From Glycera tridactyla (taxonomy: Eukaryota), in assembly GCA_965644265.1 (NCBI GenBank), contig OZ286460.1, positions 40,610,001 to 40,674,000 on the forward strand: a stretch of 64,000 bases of DNA. Reading direction: 5' to 3'. The notes below the pieces were generated by a model. That model had not been told where the DNA came from, searched no databases, and saw nothing but the letters and a program-made list of their open reading frames with translations. Positions 50,116 through 62,208 of this stretch are shown here, one piece after another. Each line of letters starts with the position of its first letter. Positions within the stretch are counted from its first letter, which is position 1. Position numbers and translations under genes: made by a program.

Positions 50116-50997
50116 AGTAATTGCCATAAGAGATTTCTATACAGTATGTGATATTTATGAAGACCTCTTTGAGTGTGTCTTTGAGATTGGGAAATTAATG
50201 GATTAAGACAGCAGAGCTGTGTTATTGAAGTCTAGTTCTGCTTGGTGAAGAACAGATAATCTTTGATATTCGCCCATGATTATGTAAAGTCTGACGGGTT
50301 TTGTCAGGCGGTTTGCCATTGTTTATGCCTTCGGTTGCCAGTGAGCTGATTTTCGTCCAGAGCCAACCAGGAAACTGGTTGTTTTAGATGGGGAAGAGGG
50401 TAAGACCGAAGGTTGTCGGGATGAAAGGCATGTGTGACACCCCGTGTGGGGGGAGACCCCTGGGCCTTCTTACATCAGCACACAGGCCCGGCCTCTTATA
50501 AACAAAGGCGTTTGATTACACCAGTGTGGTTATTTATTGCTAGCCCTGGGGACTATTTCACTGAAACGTGTATTAACAAAAAGAAATACCAATCGGTAAT
50601 CACATTCTCTTGGAAGACCAATTACATGGAGCACCTATTTTGAATTTTGAGACTATGAAAGTTTTAGTGAATCGCGCCACTGTGGTGTGAGTGTTTTTAC
50701 CTGGCTCACCTGGATGAGCCCTGATAGCCCCTCTTCACACTTATCATTGCCAGGTATCCGCTCACCCACTTTGACTTGTAGTGGCTCACTAGCCTTCATT
50801 TTTGATTTCGGCATTTCACACTTGCCAGCTGGGGCCTGCTCATCCGACTCCACCTTCTTGCAGAGGAATGCCAGATTTGATGGTCTTTTTTATTTGCAAC
50901 ACTGTAAGTGCTTCATGACTGATTTTTCACACTTCAGTACTCACACCTGTGAGTATCCACAGAGAAAATCAGTGATTCCGGAAGGTCAACTATTTAA

Positions 50998-51184
50998 NNN
51001 NNNNNNNNNNNNNNNNNNNNNNNNNNNNNNNNNNNNNNNNNNNNNNNNNNNNNNNNNNNNNNNNNNNNNNNNNNNNNNNNNNNNNNNNNNNNNNNNNNNN
51101 NNNNNNNNNNNNNNNNNNNNNNNNNNNNNNNNNNNNNNNNNNNNNNNNNNNNNNNNNNNNNNNNNNNNNNNNNNNNNNNNNNNN
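50998..51184. other. Assembly gap (N run)
   Basis: Run of N. Confidence 1.
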
Positions 51185-52961
51185 AACACTTTCTGTATTT
51201 TAGAAGTCCTTCCACACTGGGTGCTTATCTCGCCAATGAATAATGACTCAACAGAGGTGTGAAGAGTCAATTAAAAGAAGTGTGAGAAATGATGAAGGGG
51301 TGTGATATATGGCCAGGTAGCTGTGGGTAGGACTCTGGGTGTCAGGTCATAATCACCCCTGTGGTTTGGTCGAGGGTGGGGCTCTTAACTGTATATTTTC
51401 TGTCCATTGAAGTCAGTAAGTGGGCGGTATGTATGTTATCTTTTTTCACCCTGTCCACCTCAAAAAGACTGGCTATCTACATGGTGAGAGAAAGAGTGCG
51501 GTTTGAATAAACCGACAGCCCCATCCATCTTGTCTGAAGCAGAGTTTAGCTTGCTAAAGATCTTGTCATAATATTTTAGGCTCATATGATGTTAAATTCG
51601 AAAATAGTTGCTCCCAATGGCGATGGAAGCTGAGGGGTTCTCAAATCATGGGGGAAATCATTAGGACTGTAGGCCTCAAATGGTGTGGAATGCAAGCAAC
51701 TAAAATGATCATCATTGCCTTAAGTCCCCACAGATGATTTTGAATTAAGCTCTTGAATAGCAATGACCTCTAGCATTTTTGAAAGGTAGAAGAATGAGTC
51801 ATTTGGTAGTTTTTGCTTCCTTGTCTGATATTGCATGTCCGCTTGTGAGATACCATCTGCTAGGTGAAAGACAGAGCTGGTTTCGGTCAGTTCATTGCAT
51901 ACTTTCATCACTCATGATTTGGAGAAAAATTGGGAAGAAAACTGGAAATCATGATTATAGTCTTTTCATTCACTTGTACTGGTCCCATTGAAATCTTGCA
52001 AGTCTCATAAACTAGAAGTGTTTAGTATATAAGGTGCCAAGTTGAGGAGCCTACACCATGAGTTCCCTACACTCACATTCCGTTACATGTTTTTCCACAC
52101 TGCCCTCCCAAACTCCCGCTTCCTCGTGACTTGACTTATTGGTTCCGCAAACTTCTGCGATCAGTCTCTGACAAGTTTTCGGTGAACCACACATGGCTTT
52201 TTACAATGTATGAGACCATGTTTGTGAAATACTCCTCGGAGTTTGTGAAGCTGGCTGCGATCTACCGATCTGGTAGGTAGCCATGTGTTCAATGCCCGTT
52301 ACCATCTATATCAGTGTCAGAATAGACTCAGGTGCTTCTCCCACCCGACTCTTGGAATACGTCCAAATGACCCATGAACATTCATCCCTGTGAACTCCCT
52401 ACAGAAGTCACTAATAACGAAATTGAAATGAAACTGAAAATGAACGTACTTAGAGGGCGAGATTACCTTACATTCGGACATTTTTTGGTTGAATAAATTG
52501 GGTGGTGGGTGTGATGGATTTTTGGATTTATGAAAATTAATGTGATTGTTAAAAGGTCAGTACATTCTTCCTCCCACTGCCAGCTGGATTTCCTAGGAGC
52601 AGAGCACCGGCGTTGTTGTAATTTTTTTCGGCTAGATTTTCTCAGTGAGGTTTTGTCAGAGGTTAGGTTGCCTATGCCCAGTGCATCTTGCTTGTTGTCT
52701 GTCGGCTAAGGTATATAAGCACCTGGGGCCGAAATCTGGCCGGGTCTCATCAACGGTAGCAGTGGCGTAAGGCGTAACATCGAGGGCTTGCGCCACCGGT
52801 AACCACTACTCATACTGCCATCTGCTGTAGTGTTACACCTGTCTGTATATATGCAGGGCCCATTCCAGCATGCCTCATCCCTTATAACAACTGTGCTGGG
52901 GCCTGTTTGTTGTTTCCTCTGACTTTGCCTGCACTTTTCCACTCTCCAAGTACCGCATCGA

Positions 52962-53075
52962 AATCTTTCTTTTGAATACAATCAAACTTGTCTCAAGCAA
53001 GACTTTCACTTCCACTCTCTGAGTACAGCATTGAGATCTTTCTTTCAAATACAATCAAACTTGTCTCAAGCAAGA
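52962..53075. repeat. Two-copy tandem repeat, period 73
   Basis: tacaatcaaacttgtctcaagcaaga at 52977 and 53050. Confidence 0.9.
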
Positions 53076-53339
53076 GTTTAACTGAGTGTGTTCATTCGCT
53101 GATGTCCAAAATCCACCCTCATATGTTATTTGCTTGAAAATCGCATCATCATCATCAGATGATTTTAATTTTGTTTTCATCTTTATCCTTAAAAGAGCGT
53201 GATTTTGATCAGAAATCCGAATGTCTATGAATCTGGACAGTTGAAGTTCTGATATGCTGTGGTTCAAGTAATAGATATGTATTCACAGTTCATGTTTGTG
53301 GATTATTATTCACCTGGATGAAGAGTAGATTCAGCTATT

Positions 53340-53359
53340 TGAGAGAGAGAGAGAGAGAG
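53340..53359. repeat. (GA)n microsatellite
   Basis: Direct read. Confidence 0.9.
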
Positions 53360-53489
53360 TAGAGGATTGCCCCTGGTGTAGTGCTCTCTGGGAATATAAA
53401 TGAATATTCTGTGTATCTCGTCAAACTTCACCCCATGCTCAGAGATCCAGAAAAGAAGAATCATGGATCGCATCACATGCTTATCTCAT

Positions 53490-53700
53490 TGGCTTCTCAA
53501 TATAGCCTTATGTGTTCTCGATTTGATGAAAACAACTAGCGAACTGAAATGAAGTGATTCAAGTCGTATGCGAGCCAGAAAGGGTCGGTATCTCAGATAG
53601 CCGCTGCCGCTGCCATGAGAGACTGATCCTGTTTCTCGGAGATTCCTTCTCTCCTTATCAGTTTTTATCTCCACCAGCATTTCTGTTTTGTATCAGATTA
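53490..53700 (-). mobile_element. Possible LINE ORF1 relic
   Basis: DKERRNL / GISE (frameshift) ... LVVFIKSRTHKAILRS; weak resemblance only. Confidence 0.25.
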
Positions 53701-54929
53701 TGATGGTTTAGTCACTGTTATGGTTTATGTAGTTCTCTTCATGCGGCAACTTCTCCAAGCCAATGCCTTGTCTTCGTGTCTGGTAAATCTACGCCTATGA
53801 TTTGCCGTGTTATCGCACAGCTTGGCTGAAGACTGAAAATTTGTTAACTTGGCATGTTACTCTTTCTAAGCTACCAGGTGGCCATCATGTTGAATCTCTT
53901 TTCATTTGATTCTCGCATTGTGGCTGTTCTTCTCCTAGACTGTGATATTCCGGATGATTTGGGGCTTTTCCAGGTGATTTGGGCTGATTCAAAGTTGCAG
54001 AAAGTGTCCAAAGCTAGTTTGGGGTCTGATGAATGTGTGAAGAGGTGTGCTCGGCCAAAATATACGCTGCTATCGTAGGAAGCTGTAGAGATAACTGAGA
54101 GACTACGGGGTGGAAAAAAACTGTTGAGAAGGGCAGAGGTCAGTCGTGAATGACCTCCCAGGTTCGGGTTGCCTCACTGGCCTGAGATCGGAGGAAGGCA
54201 TTCTTAGAGGTGCTAGCCTCCTGCCAGACTTTGGGAACCCTTCTGTGCTGAGGGCCTTCCGCATAACTTGTGATTTCCCATCATCCCACCAAGCCAGGCT
54301 GGATGGCGGAGAATTTGATGATTCCAGATATGCATGGTAAAAAGTGTATTCACTGATATGACTGTGTGAAGAAAATGGAGATTGAACGGTGCACGCTACC
54401 TCATTTACACTGATCTTGAACACAGTGGAGATGAGTGTGATTATTGGGTCAAGCTGGAAAAAAAATGATTCCCCACACTTGTCATTTGTCACATTTTTGA
54501 GCAACATATTCATATTTTTCTGCAACAAACGACAAAAGGTATACATCGAGTGGGTTGGTCAGTTGATTGGTTGGTTGGTTGTTCTGCATCCCATCAGCCC
54601 CATCTGAATATATTGAGACGTCCATGCAATGACTAGGTCTTTCACATGACTGGATCACATGAGTTGTACATGATGGGGCTGTCATTTTTCTCATGCATTT
54701 GGTGTATTCAGCGGAACAGGTGGTGTGGATATTTGAGTGTAGACCATGGGGCTGGATTCCTGTGAAGTTTCTGTCACTCGGGCTAGCAGTCCATGTAATG
54801 AGCTAGCCAGGCTAGGAGCCCTACTCCTTGTTAACCCCCCCCCCCCCCCCACACACACACACACATACTAACTACATCTTTCTCGCCCTTCAGTCTCTGT
54901 AGCCCTCAACTTGAATAACCTTGACCGTC

Positions 54930-55513
54930 NNNNNNNNNNNNNNNNNNNNNNNNNNNNNNNNNNNNNNNNNNNNNNNNNNNNNNNNNNNNNNNNNNNNNNN
55001 NNNNNNNNNNNNNNNNNNNNNNNNNNNNNNNNNNNNNNNNNNNNNNNNNNNNNNNNNNNNNNNNNNNNNNNNNNNNNNNNNNNNNNNNNNNNNNNNNNNN
55101 NNNNNNNNNNNNNNNNNNNNNNNNNNNNNNNNNNNNNNNNNNNNNNNNNNNNNNNNNNNNNNNNNNNNNNNNNNNNNNNNNNNNNNNNNNNNNNNNNNNN
55201 NNNNNNNNNNNNNNNNNNNNNNNNNNNNNNNNNNNNNNNNNNNNNNNNNNNNNNNNNNNNNNNNNNNNNNNNNNNNNNNNNNNNNNNNNNNNNNNNNNNN
55301 NNNNNNNNNNNNNNNNNNNNNNNNNNNNNNNNNNNNNNNNNNNNNNNNNNNNNNNNNNNNNNNNNNNNNNNNNNNNNNNNNNNNNNNNNNNNNNNNNNNN
55401 NNNNNNNNNNNNNNNNNNNNNNNNNNNNNNNNNNNNNNNNNNNNNNNNNNNNNNNNNNNNNNNNNNNNNNNNNNNNNNNNNNNNNNNNNNNNNNNNNNNN
55501 NNNNNNNNNNNNN
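54930..55513. other. Assembly gap (N run)
   Basis: Run of N. Confidence 1.
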
Positions 55514-56599
55514 GAATTTGCAATTGAACCAATGATCCTTCACAGCATTCAGACTCTTTGACCAGAAGATGAATATCATCATGAAAAAAACAATCAACCA
55601 AAATCACCCTCTTTTTTATTGTAAATTTTGAAAATCTTGAATTTGATTTTGCTCCCTCAAGAGCTCTGATTGCCACCCAGGTAATGTTCAAACCTATTTG
55701 AATTTTATTGAGTGGTGGAAACAAAAGTCGGGTGTCATGGATATCTGGGGTGTTTGTGATTTCCGCAGACTCGTGCCACCACCCAGTGCTATTATGGACA
55801 GCACCAGCCAGCCACCGGTTTTGCCCGTGCAGCAACATGACCCAGCCTAAAAAGAAACTCATGTCCACCCTTTTTTCTGGCCTGGTGAGCTGTGAATGTT
55901 TGGCAGAGGGTTGCGTGAGAGCTGGAAGGTTTACTGGCCGAGTTTTGGCCAGCTGCCCTTGCTCTCTGGATGTTCACTCCGCTGCCCGGGTGGGGTGCTA
56001 TGTCTTCCTTCACAAGATTCACACTTTTAATGCTGGATATGAAAATATCAACATCTCTTTCCTCTCTGTCTACAAGTATGCGGGAATGTGTGTAAAAGAG
56101 AAGATATGGTTAATGGGAACTGAATTTGTTGATTTGGTCATATTTGTTTAGTATAGGCCTCATTGACCTGTGACTGAAATTAGGGCCAAGTGTGAAATCG
56201 GGATGTGTTTGGAGGGAGTTGGCACATAGTCCGGGGTTATTCTAAACATTTTCAATCCTGGCCTGCCACTTGTCTTCAACTATCTTTTCCTATGAATTCT
56301 TCACACTCGCCTGTACCACTGCCCGTTGAAAACTCCTTCACTGCAAATTCCATCTTTCACCGATTCTCTTTTAAAAAGTTCCGAATCATTTCAGCGCAAA
56401 TTTTTCCCCATGTCGGGTCTGGTGAATGCTTGGATTTATTCAGATTATAGAGAATTCCATGAATCAGTTGATTGATTGTAAGATCAGTTAATAAATACTG
56501 ACGAAATTTCGAATATGAAAATGCGGAGTGGAAAATGGAGGGTGAAACATAGACCCTTCACTCCAAACATACTTGCCTTCTTCAAGGATGCCTCATTTT

Positions 56600-56840
56600 T
56601 TAATCAGGCATATTTTGTAACTCTAGTAAGTGAATCTTTATTTATAAGCAAAACATTAGTAATGCTAACCTAAACATTTGGCCCTGTCTAAATAGTGCCC
56701 ACTCGGACCCACTAATTGAGTTTAGAACTGGAAGAATATCCGCAAAAGATATGGCCTGGTGCAGCCTGACGCAATTTTTCTTCCCGACTGCTTGTCTGTC
56801 TCCTCTCAGAATACTGTTATTTTTTCTTTGAGAAATTGAC
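56600..56840 (-). mobile_element. Possible CR1-like 3' relic
   Basis: ILRGDRQAVGK resembles RRLRGDLIEV.K; little other support. Confidence 0.2.
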
Positions 56841-57794
56841 AACAGGAAATAGACTCAAAAACGAAACTGCTGTCGACTATCATGGATGGACAGGAGAATT
56901 TTTTTTCAGCATGTGTTCCTTGTGTATTAAGTATTCTGAGTTCATAAGTATGATGTTCAGTTTCTGAGCCAGTAAAAAAGCTTTGCTATTGTTGGTGATT
57001 TTACCCCTATGATTTTTGACAACGGCTGTAGACTTGGTGTCAATAGGTGAAGCCTAGGATGCAATGTTATCCTCTGCGTTCAACCCAGAATCAGCCAATC
57101 TTCATTGAATTTTGTCTCCAGATATTTTGGTATCATTTCAATCCAGACGTACTCATACATTCACTGATAAGCACCCGATTTAAAAATTTAACTCAGTTTG
57201 TGCTCTGGTTTCACAGTCTGATTAGGGTCATTTGTCCCACTGAGTCAAAATATGGGGAAATTGCTACAACTACCTCACTTTGAAATTAAATTTATCGGAA
57301 GGATATTCAGTGCCAGAAACAAGGATCGAGATGATTTCATAACTACACATATGAACTTTGCAGATGGACTAGGGGATGGGGGATCAAAACTCAAGATCTG
57401 ACTATGCTAGTCTTGCGAGGTATGAAGCTGGGACTTATGACAGCATCATGTAGCGCAAAATTGGGTCATTTGACCCAATGGCGGGAACACTGCCAGCTAG
57501 CTTATCTCCCAGCATATTGCTGCTGTGAAGGATAAAAGGCCCATATCCCAGCCCGGCATCACCCCACCATGTGGGCTCATTTAAATATATACTGGACCAG
57601 ACAACCAGCAGGCCCTAGTTTTCCGATCATGCTTTGAAAAAAAAAAAAGCAGAATGAAAAAAGTTATGAGGGTTGTTCATGCTATACATGCTGAACATTC
57701 ATCATTGGGTGGGTTTGGGAATGAGGTGGATGGTCCATTTTAAATTGATTGAATAGGTTTTCCCCACACAGTGGCATGTTCACAACTTCACAAC

Positions 57795-57880
57795 TGCGTG
57801 CGTGCATGCGTGCGTGCGTGCGTGCGTGCGTGCCTGTGTGTGTGCGTGCATGCGTGTGTGTGTGTGTGTGTGTGTGCGTG
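57795..57880. repeat. (TGCG)n/(TG)n compound microsatellite
   Basis: Direct read. Confidence 0.95.
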
Positions 57881-58964
57881 CATGGAACACATTTCATGGA
57901 CCTGTTGCCAGTACAATCTGGAAATATGTCTCTGACATGATTTCTATCACTAAAAAAATGTGTGTATGTGTATGTGTGTTTTGTTTGTGTGTGTGAGTGA
58001 GTTTAGGGTATGCAGGTTTGTGTTTGCTGTATGAAATGAAGCAAATGTCGGTGACTGTGCTTTCCTCTGAAACAACAGGCGTGCCTTTTCTTTAGAGTGA
58101 GTTTGAACTTTATGTATTTTGTGCCCGATGGTGGGCAGTTCATATGACCTCCACATCTATAGTGATAATATCCAGTCATCCGGAGATATTGGCATGACTT
58201 GATGGCGATGAAATCACTCTCAGAATGTATCTTTTGACACTTGAGATTCCAGTATTTATGGAGGACTTATGGAGGACCTATATATGGGAGATCAAAGCCG
58301 GTTGTTTTTGACTGGATATGACTGAAGACCTTATAGATATTACAAGGTCTTTGATATGACCTTCTCTTCCATTGTTTCTGGCATGAAATTGATCTTCTTT
58401 CAATTTATTTTCCAGTAAAATATATCGGACATCATAAGCTATTGATTTTAGCCATCTGCAGCCAGTTTCTCATCATTCAAGGGTGTTGTCTCTAATTTCA
58501 AATGTAGATGGGACAAATGTCCCCACTCCGGCAAGATTCAAAGCGAATACGGTTATCCCATGAAATGAAGTCAGATATGTCCGAATAATATGCTTATCGA
58601 GGTTGATCTCTAGCTGGGAGGTAGTGGGAGTTACTCATAGCTGGCGAGATGATGTGGAGGAACATAGAAAAATACTGGTAACTAATGTGTGTTGGTGAGA
58701 TAAGAGAAACATTTATTATTACTCTTGATAGCAATGCTACATATTGGCTACACTTACCTCATCCCACCGTGCCACCCACTCGGCACAGTACCGTACATCC
58801 TGCCACCTCCCTGATCTCCAATGATGAGTTCTGATGAGTTCCCAGACTCCCAGTGCTTCCAAATCGTACCTGACAAATAGGGAATCTATTTAGTGAAATC
58901 TTGAAGTGAGTGAAAGTTGATGATTCCCTTTTTTATCTCTTACACATCCAGTTAGCTGGGTTCT

Positions 58965-59090
58965 GTGATTCAGTAGTTTGGGATGAATGTGACATAAATA
59001 TAGAATGTTACTTTAGGCAGACAGTTGGTTTTTGTTATTCAGTAGTTTGAGATTGATCTGGATATGACATAAATGTAGGATGTTACTTAT
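58965..59090. repeat. Degenerate two-copy tandem repeat (~70 bp)
   Basis: ttcagtagtttg...tgacataaat.tag.atgttactt twice. Confidence 0.7.
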
Positions 59091-59925
59091 GGGTACACTG
59101 CAGGGCCAGTTATGGGCTAATGCTGAGAAAAAGCAACCCAGTACTTTGTGGTGTTATTTGGGTATTGTCAACATGTAAATGAAAAAGGGAGGGAATCATG
59201 GATGGATGGAAATCCCCGGCTAGCGGCTAGCATTATTAACATATCCTCTTATCTAAGAATGCTGTCCGGCATCATTTCGTATCAAGGCTATTGTAGCAGT
59301 GTATTGTTGTGACCAATAGTTTCTGATTAGATTTACTAGTGTTCGTTTCCGGCCATGTTGTATTGACCAATTTGACAGTACGGGCTCGGATACACACACC
59401 GAGGATAGTGCCACTGCCCACACTGGAAATTGAGTCATTGTGATGCAGGTCAGTGTGGTGTCACACCAACAATTGGATCAAATCCGTGGGCTTACACCAT
59501 GATAATGATGGCTCCCTCTATTGTGGGCGAGAGTCGAGAGTCGGGGGGGGGGGGGGGGGGGGGCAGTAAGTCATCGACTAACCCATGTAGGTGGCACTGC
59601 ATCAGCGAGAAATTTGCAAAACCCTGATGTTTTCCCTGATTTTTTCAGAGATTTAGGTGGTACATTTTCATTTGGAAAATTTTGTTTATTCTAAATCCCA
59701 TTGTGATTGTTAGTAGGTGATCCATTCCACAATCAGAAAGATTGAAATAAGTAGAAGTATGACCAGTGGAACTGTTCCCGATGTTAAGTCCATATTTTGT
59801 ATTGAAAATAGAAATATTCAAGTGGTATATTCTTACTTATGGGAACACTAAGTACAGGAAGCATTTGCCACTAGATGTCAGTAGTGCCTTGGTGCGATTT
59901 GTGATGAAGATTCAAGGAGTGCATG

Positions 59926-59927
<2 letters not shown>

Positions 59928-60006
<79 letters not shown>
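59928..60006. repeat. (TG)n microsatellite
   Basis: Direct read. Confidence 0.97.
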
Positions 60007-60009
<3 letters not shown>

Positions 60010-60596
60010 ACCTTTTAATGAATGCGTCATCAAGTCATTGCAGTAATGGTATACCTACAAGAATTATACCCACAAAAATTCATTGTTGAAGCAGAATCAA
60101 ATCTTTAGATTTCATCATTAAGAATGTACGGTGAATGATTCAGGTTCCAAATATATATCACCTCAATAGAAAATGATGTTTAACTGAGTTGAAATATCCA
60201 GTGAGATTGAGGTGAACAGCAGTGAAATCCAAGATGGCCTCCCCCATACTGATGCAGTGTTGAACTAATGTGGCCATTGACCACTGTGGCAGCACTGCTT
60301 GAGTCAGCCGTTGGACGGAGGTGTCCAGCTCACATCTTATTGGCTGACCATTACAGGCGCTGGTATGGTGGCAGCACTGTAGCTGCCGTGTCCAGCAGTT
60401 GCTGACCGGTGATGCAGCAGTCATCGGATGACCGCTGCTTGTCACCACACAGGCTCCATCTCCTGTTTATTGGCGACACTAAAATCAGTGCCCATTACAT
60501 GGACCCTCAGTCATCTTTCATTTAATTTGCCTGCGAATAATCATTCAATTGATGGCATTTTGGACACACAAAACACACTGATCTCTTGATTATGGA

Positions 60597-60620
60597 TACA
60601 GTCAAACCTGTACTAATCGA
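60597..60620. mobile_element. MITE left TIR fragment
   Basis: tacagtcaaacctgtac. Confidence 0.35.
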
Positions 60621-61782
60621 TATTGTACCAGACAAGAACTTATCCTGTATTTCTCTCCTGTATTTCACTCCTGTATCTCTCCTGCACATGAACTTCATCC
60701 AAGTAAATTGTGTTATCACTTTCCTTGGCCTAGTGCTCAGGACATGTTTGACTGCAGTCCTGCTGTTGGAACTCAATCGGGACCTGAATTCCTTGGCAAT
60801 ATGACCCATGCAAAGTCACCTCTTCACCTTTTTCAATCAAACTTGTGCTGATGCAAGCAGGTGCAAAAAGACCAGCAAACGGAAAGAAAGATGTGAATAC
60901 AAGGATTGCAGTGTACAGAATGGTCGGAGAAGTGTTTCTCTTTTTATTTTTTCCTTCATTTTCATTCAGTGTTGGGTGTTGCCTGTTATCCTACTGACAT
61001 CCACCCACTCACAAAGAACTTGTTCTTTCAATGTGCTTTACTCATCCCTGCACTTCCTTAAGATAGCTCTCAGATCTTGTGCACGAGATATGATAGCATC
61101 AGTCTACTGCATTTCCCAGTCTCTTCCAAGTATTCCCTCTTTTCTAATTATTTCTTCTTCTCTTAGGTAGAGTGTTAAATCCTCATCAGTGTCTTATGTA
61201 CTATTTGAGGTCACTTTATCCCATATTTCCTCAGGTAAATATGGTATGAACATCCTTCAACTCAGCTTCCCCTCTCCACAGCATCAAATCTTATGGACAC
61301 ATGATTTATGTAGATGAACTATGATATGATTGAATGATGATAATGCAGATCTATATGATTTGGGGGAATAAAGATACAATGTTTGAAGGGTCACTGTTTT
61401 CTGTATGTATCCTCCTCATGTTGAAGATGTCAGGGGAGCTGCTCGTGATGTATGATCATTTAATTCATGCTTGATGTTGTTTGTAGAACAGACCAGTGCT
61501 TCGGTGTATTCTCTTTTAATTAAACATGGGGATTTTTTTTCTCATTTCAGCTTTTTTCCACTTCTTTCGATGCTCCATCCATATAGGGCACCAGTCAAAC
61601 CCTTTCTTTCTTTTAGAAATATTACTGGCAACATTCAAAAGATTCAGTCTGACCACATTCGAGACATATATTTCAAGGCAGGATTTACACAGTTTGGGCT
61701 GTGCGAGTTTTGTTTTGAACTCTCATGTCTCTCAGATAAAGTCATTGTTTCCAATCAAAACGACAGAAAAATCTGATTTAAG

Positions 61783-61927
61783 TACTGTTGAACCTGTCTA
61801 CAAAGGTCACCCTAGGGCTCATTAAGGAGTTTAACTGTTGAATATAGTCTTACAGTTAAAACTCAGGGTGGCCTTGTAAGCAAGTGGGCTTTGTATAGAG
61901 GTGGTCTCTTGAGAAGGCTCAACTGTA
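61783..61927. mobile_element. MITE family A, full length, decayed
   Basis: ta-ctgttgaacctgtctacaaaggtcac ... gaggtggtctcttgagaaggctcaactg-ta. Confidence 0.8.
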
Positions 61928-62208
61928 GATGCTATGGTCAGTAGAGTTGAGTCTCATTATTAGAATCTCCGTATATTTACGTCGATGAATTTCATCACTA
62001 TGATGAAGTAATATTGAACTCCTGTTCACCATGATTATGTCTGTGGACATGAAATAGAAAGAATGAATGTCCGTCATTGTAATTTTATGTTGCCTTTGAG
62101 GATAATGACCGAAAGGTTTTGTCTGGTGCTGTAGTTGATGTTGTTTTATGTTTGTGCATTGTCTGTGATGTGGTGGCTAATGTCTCTCCTGTATTATGTC
62201 TGTTGCAG

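Noticed and set aside
50653-50900. Minus-strand ORF MESDEQAPAGKCEMPK...
   Set aside because: Short, with no recognisable homology or exon boundaries
54715-54800. tRNA-derived SINE or tRNA (ggctggattcc B-box-like)
   Set aside because: No cloverleaf, poor A box, no second copy seen
1355-59563. Poly-G/poly-C runs (e.g. 1355-1370, 27748-27763, 59543-59563) as functional G-quadruplexes
   Set aside because: Homopolymers scattered without pattern; lengths unreliable in a draft assembly
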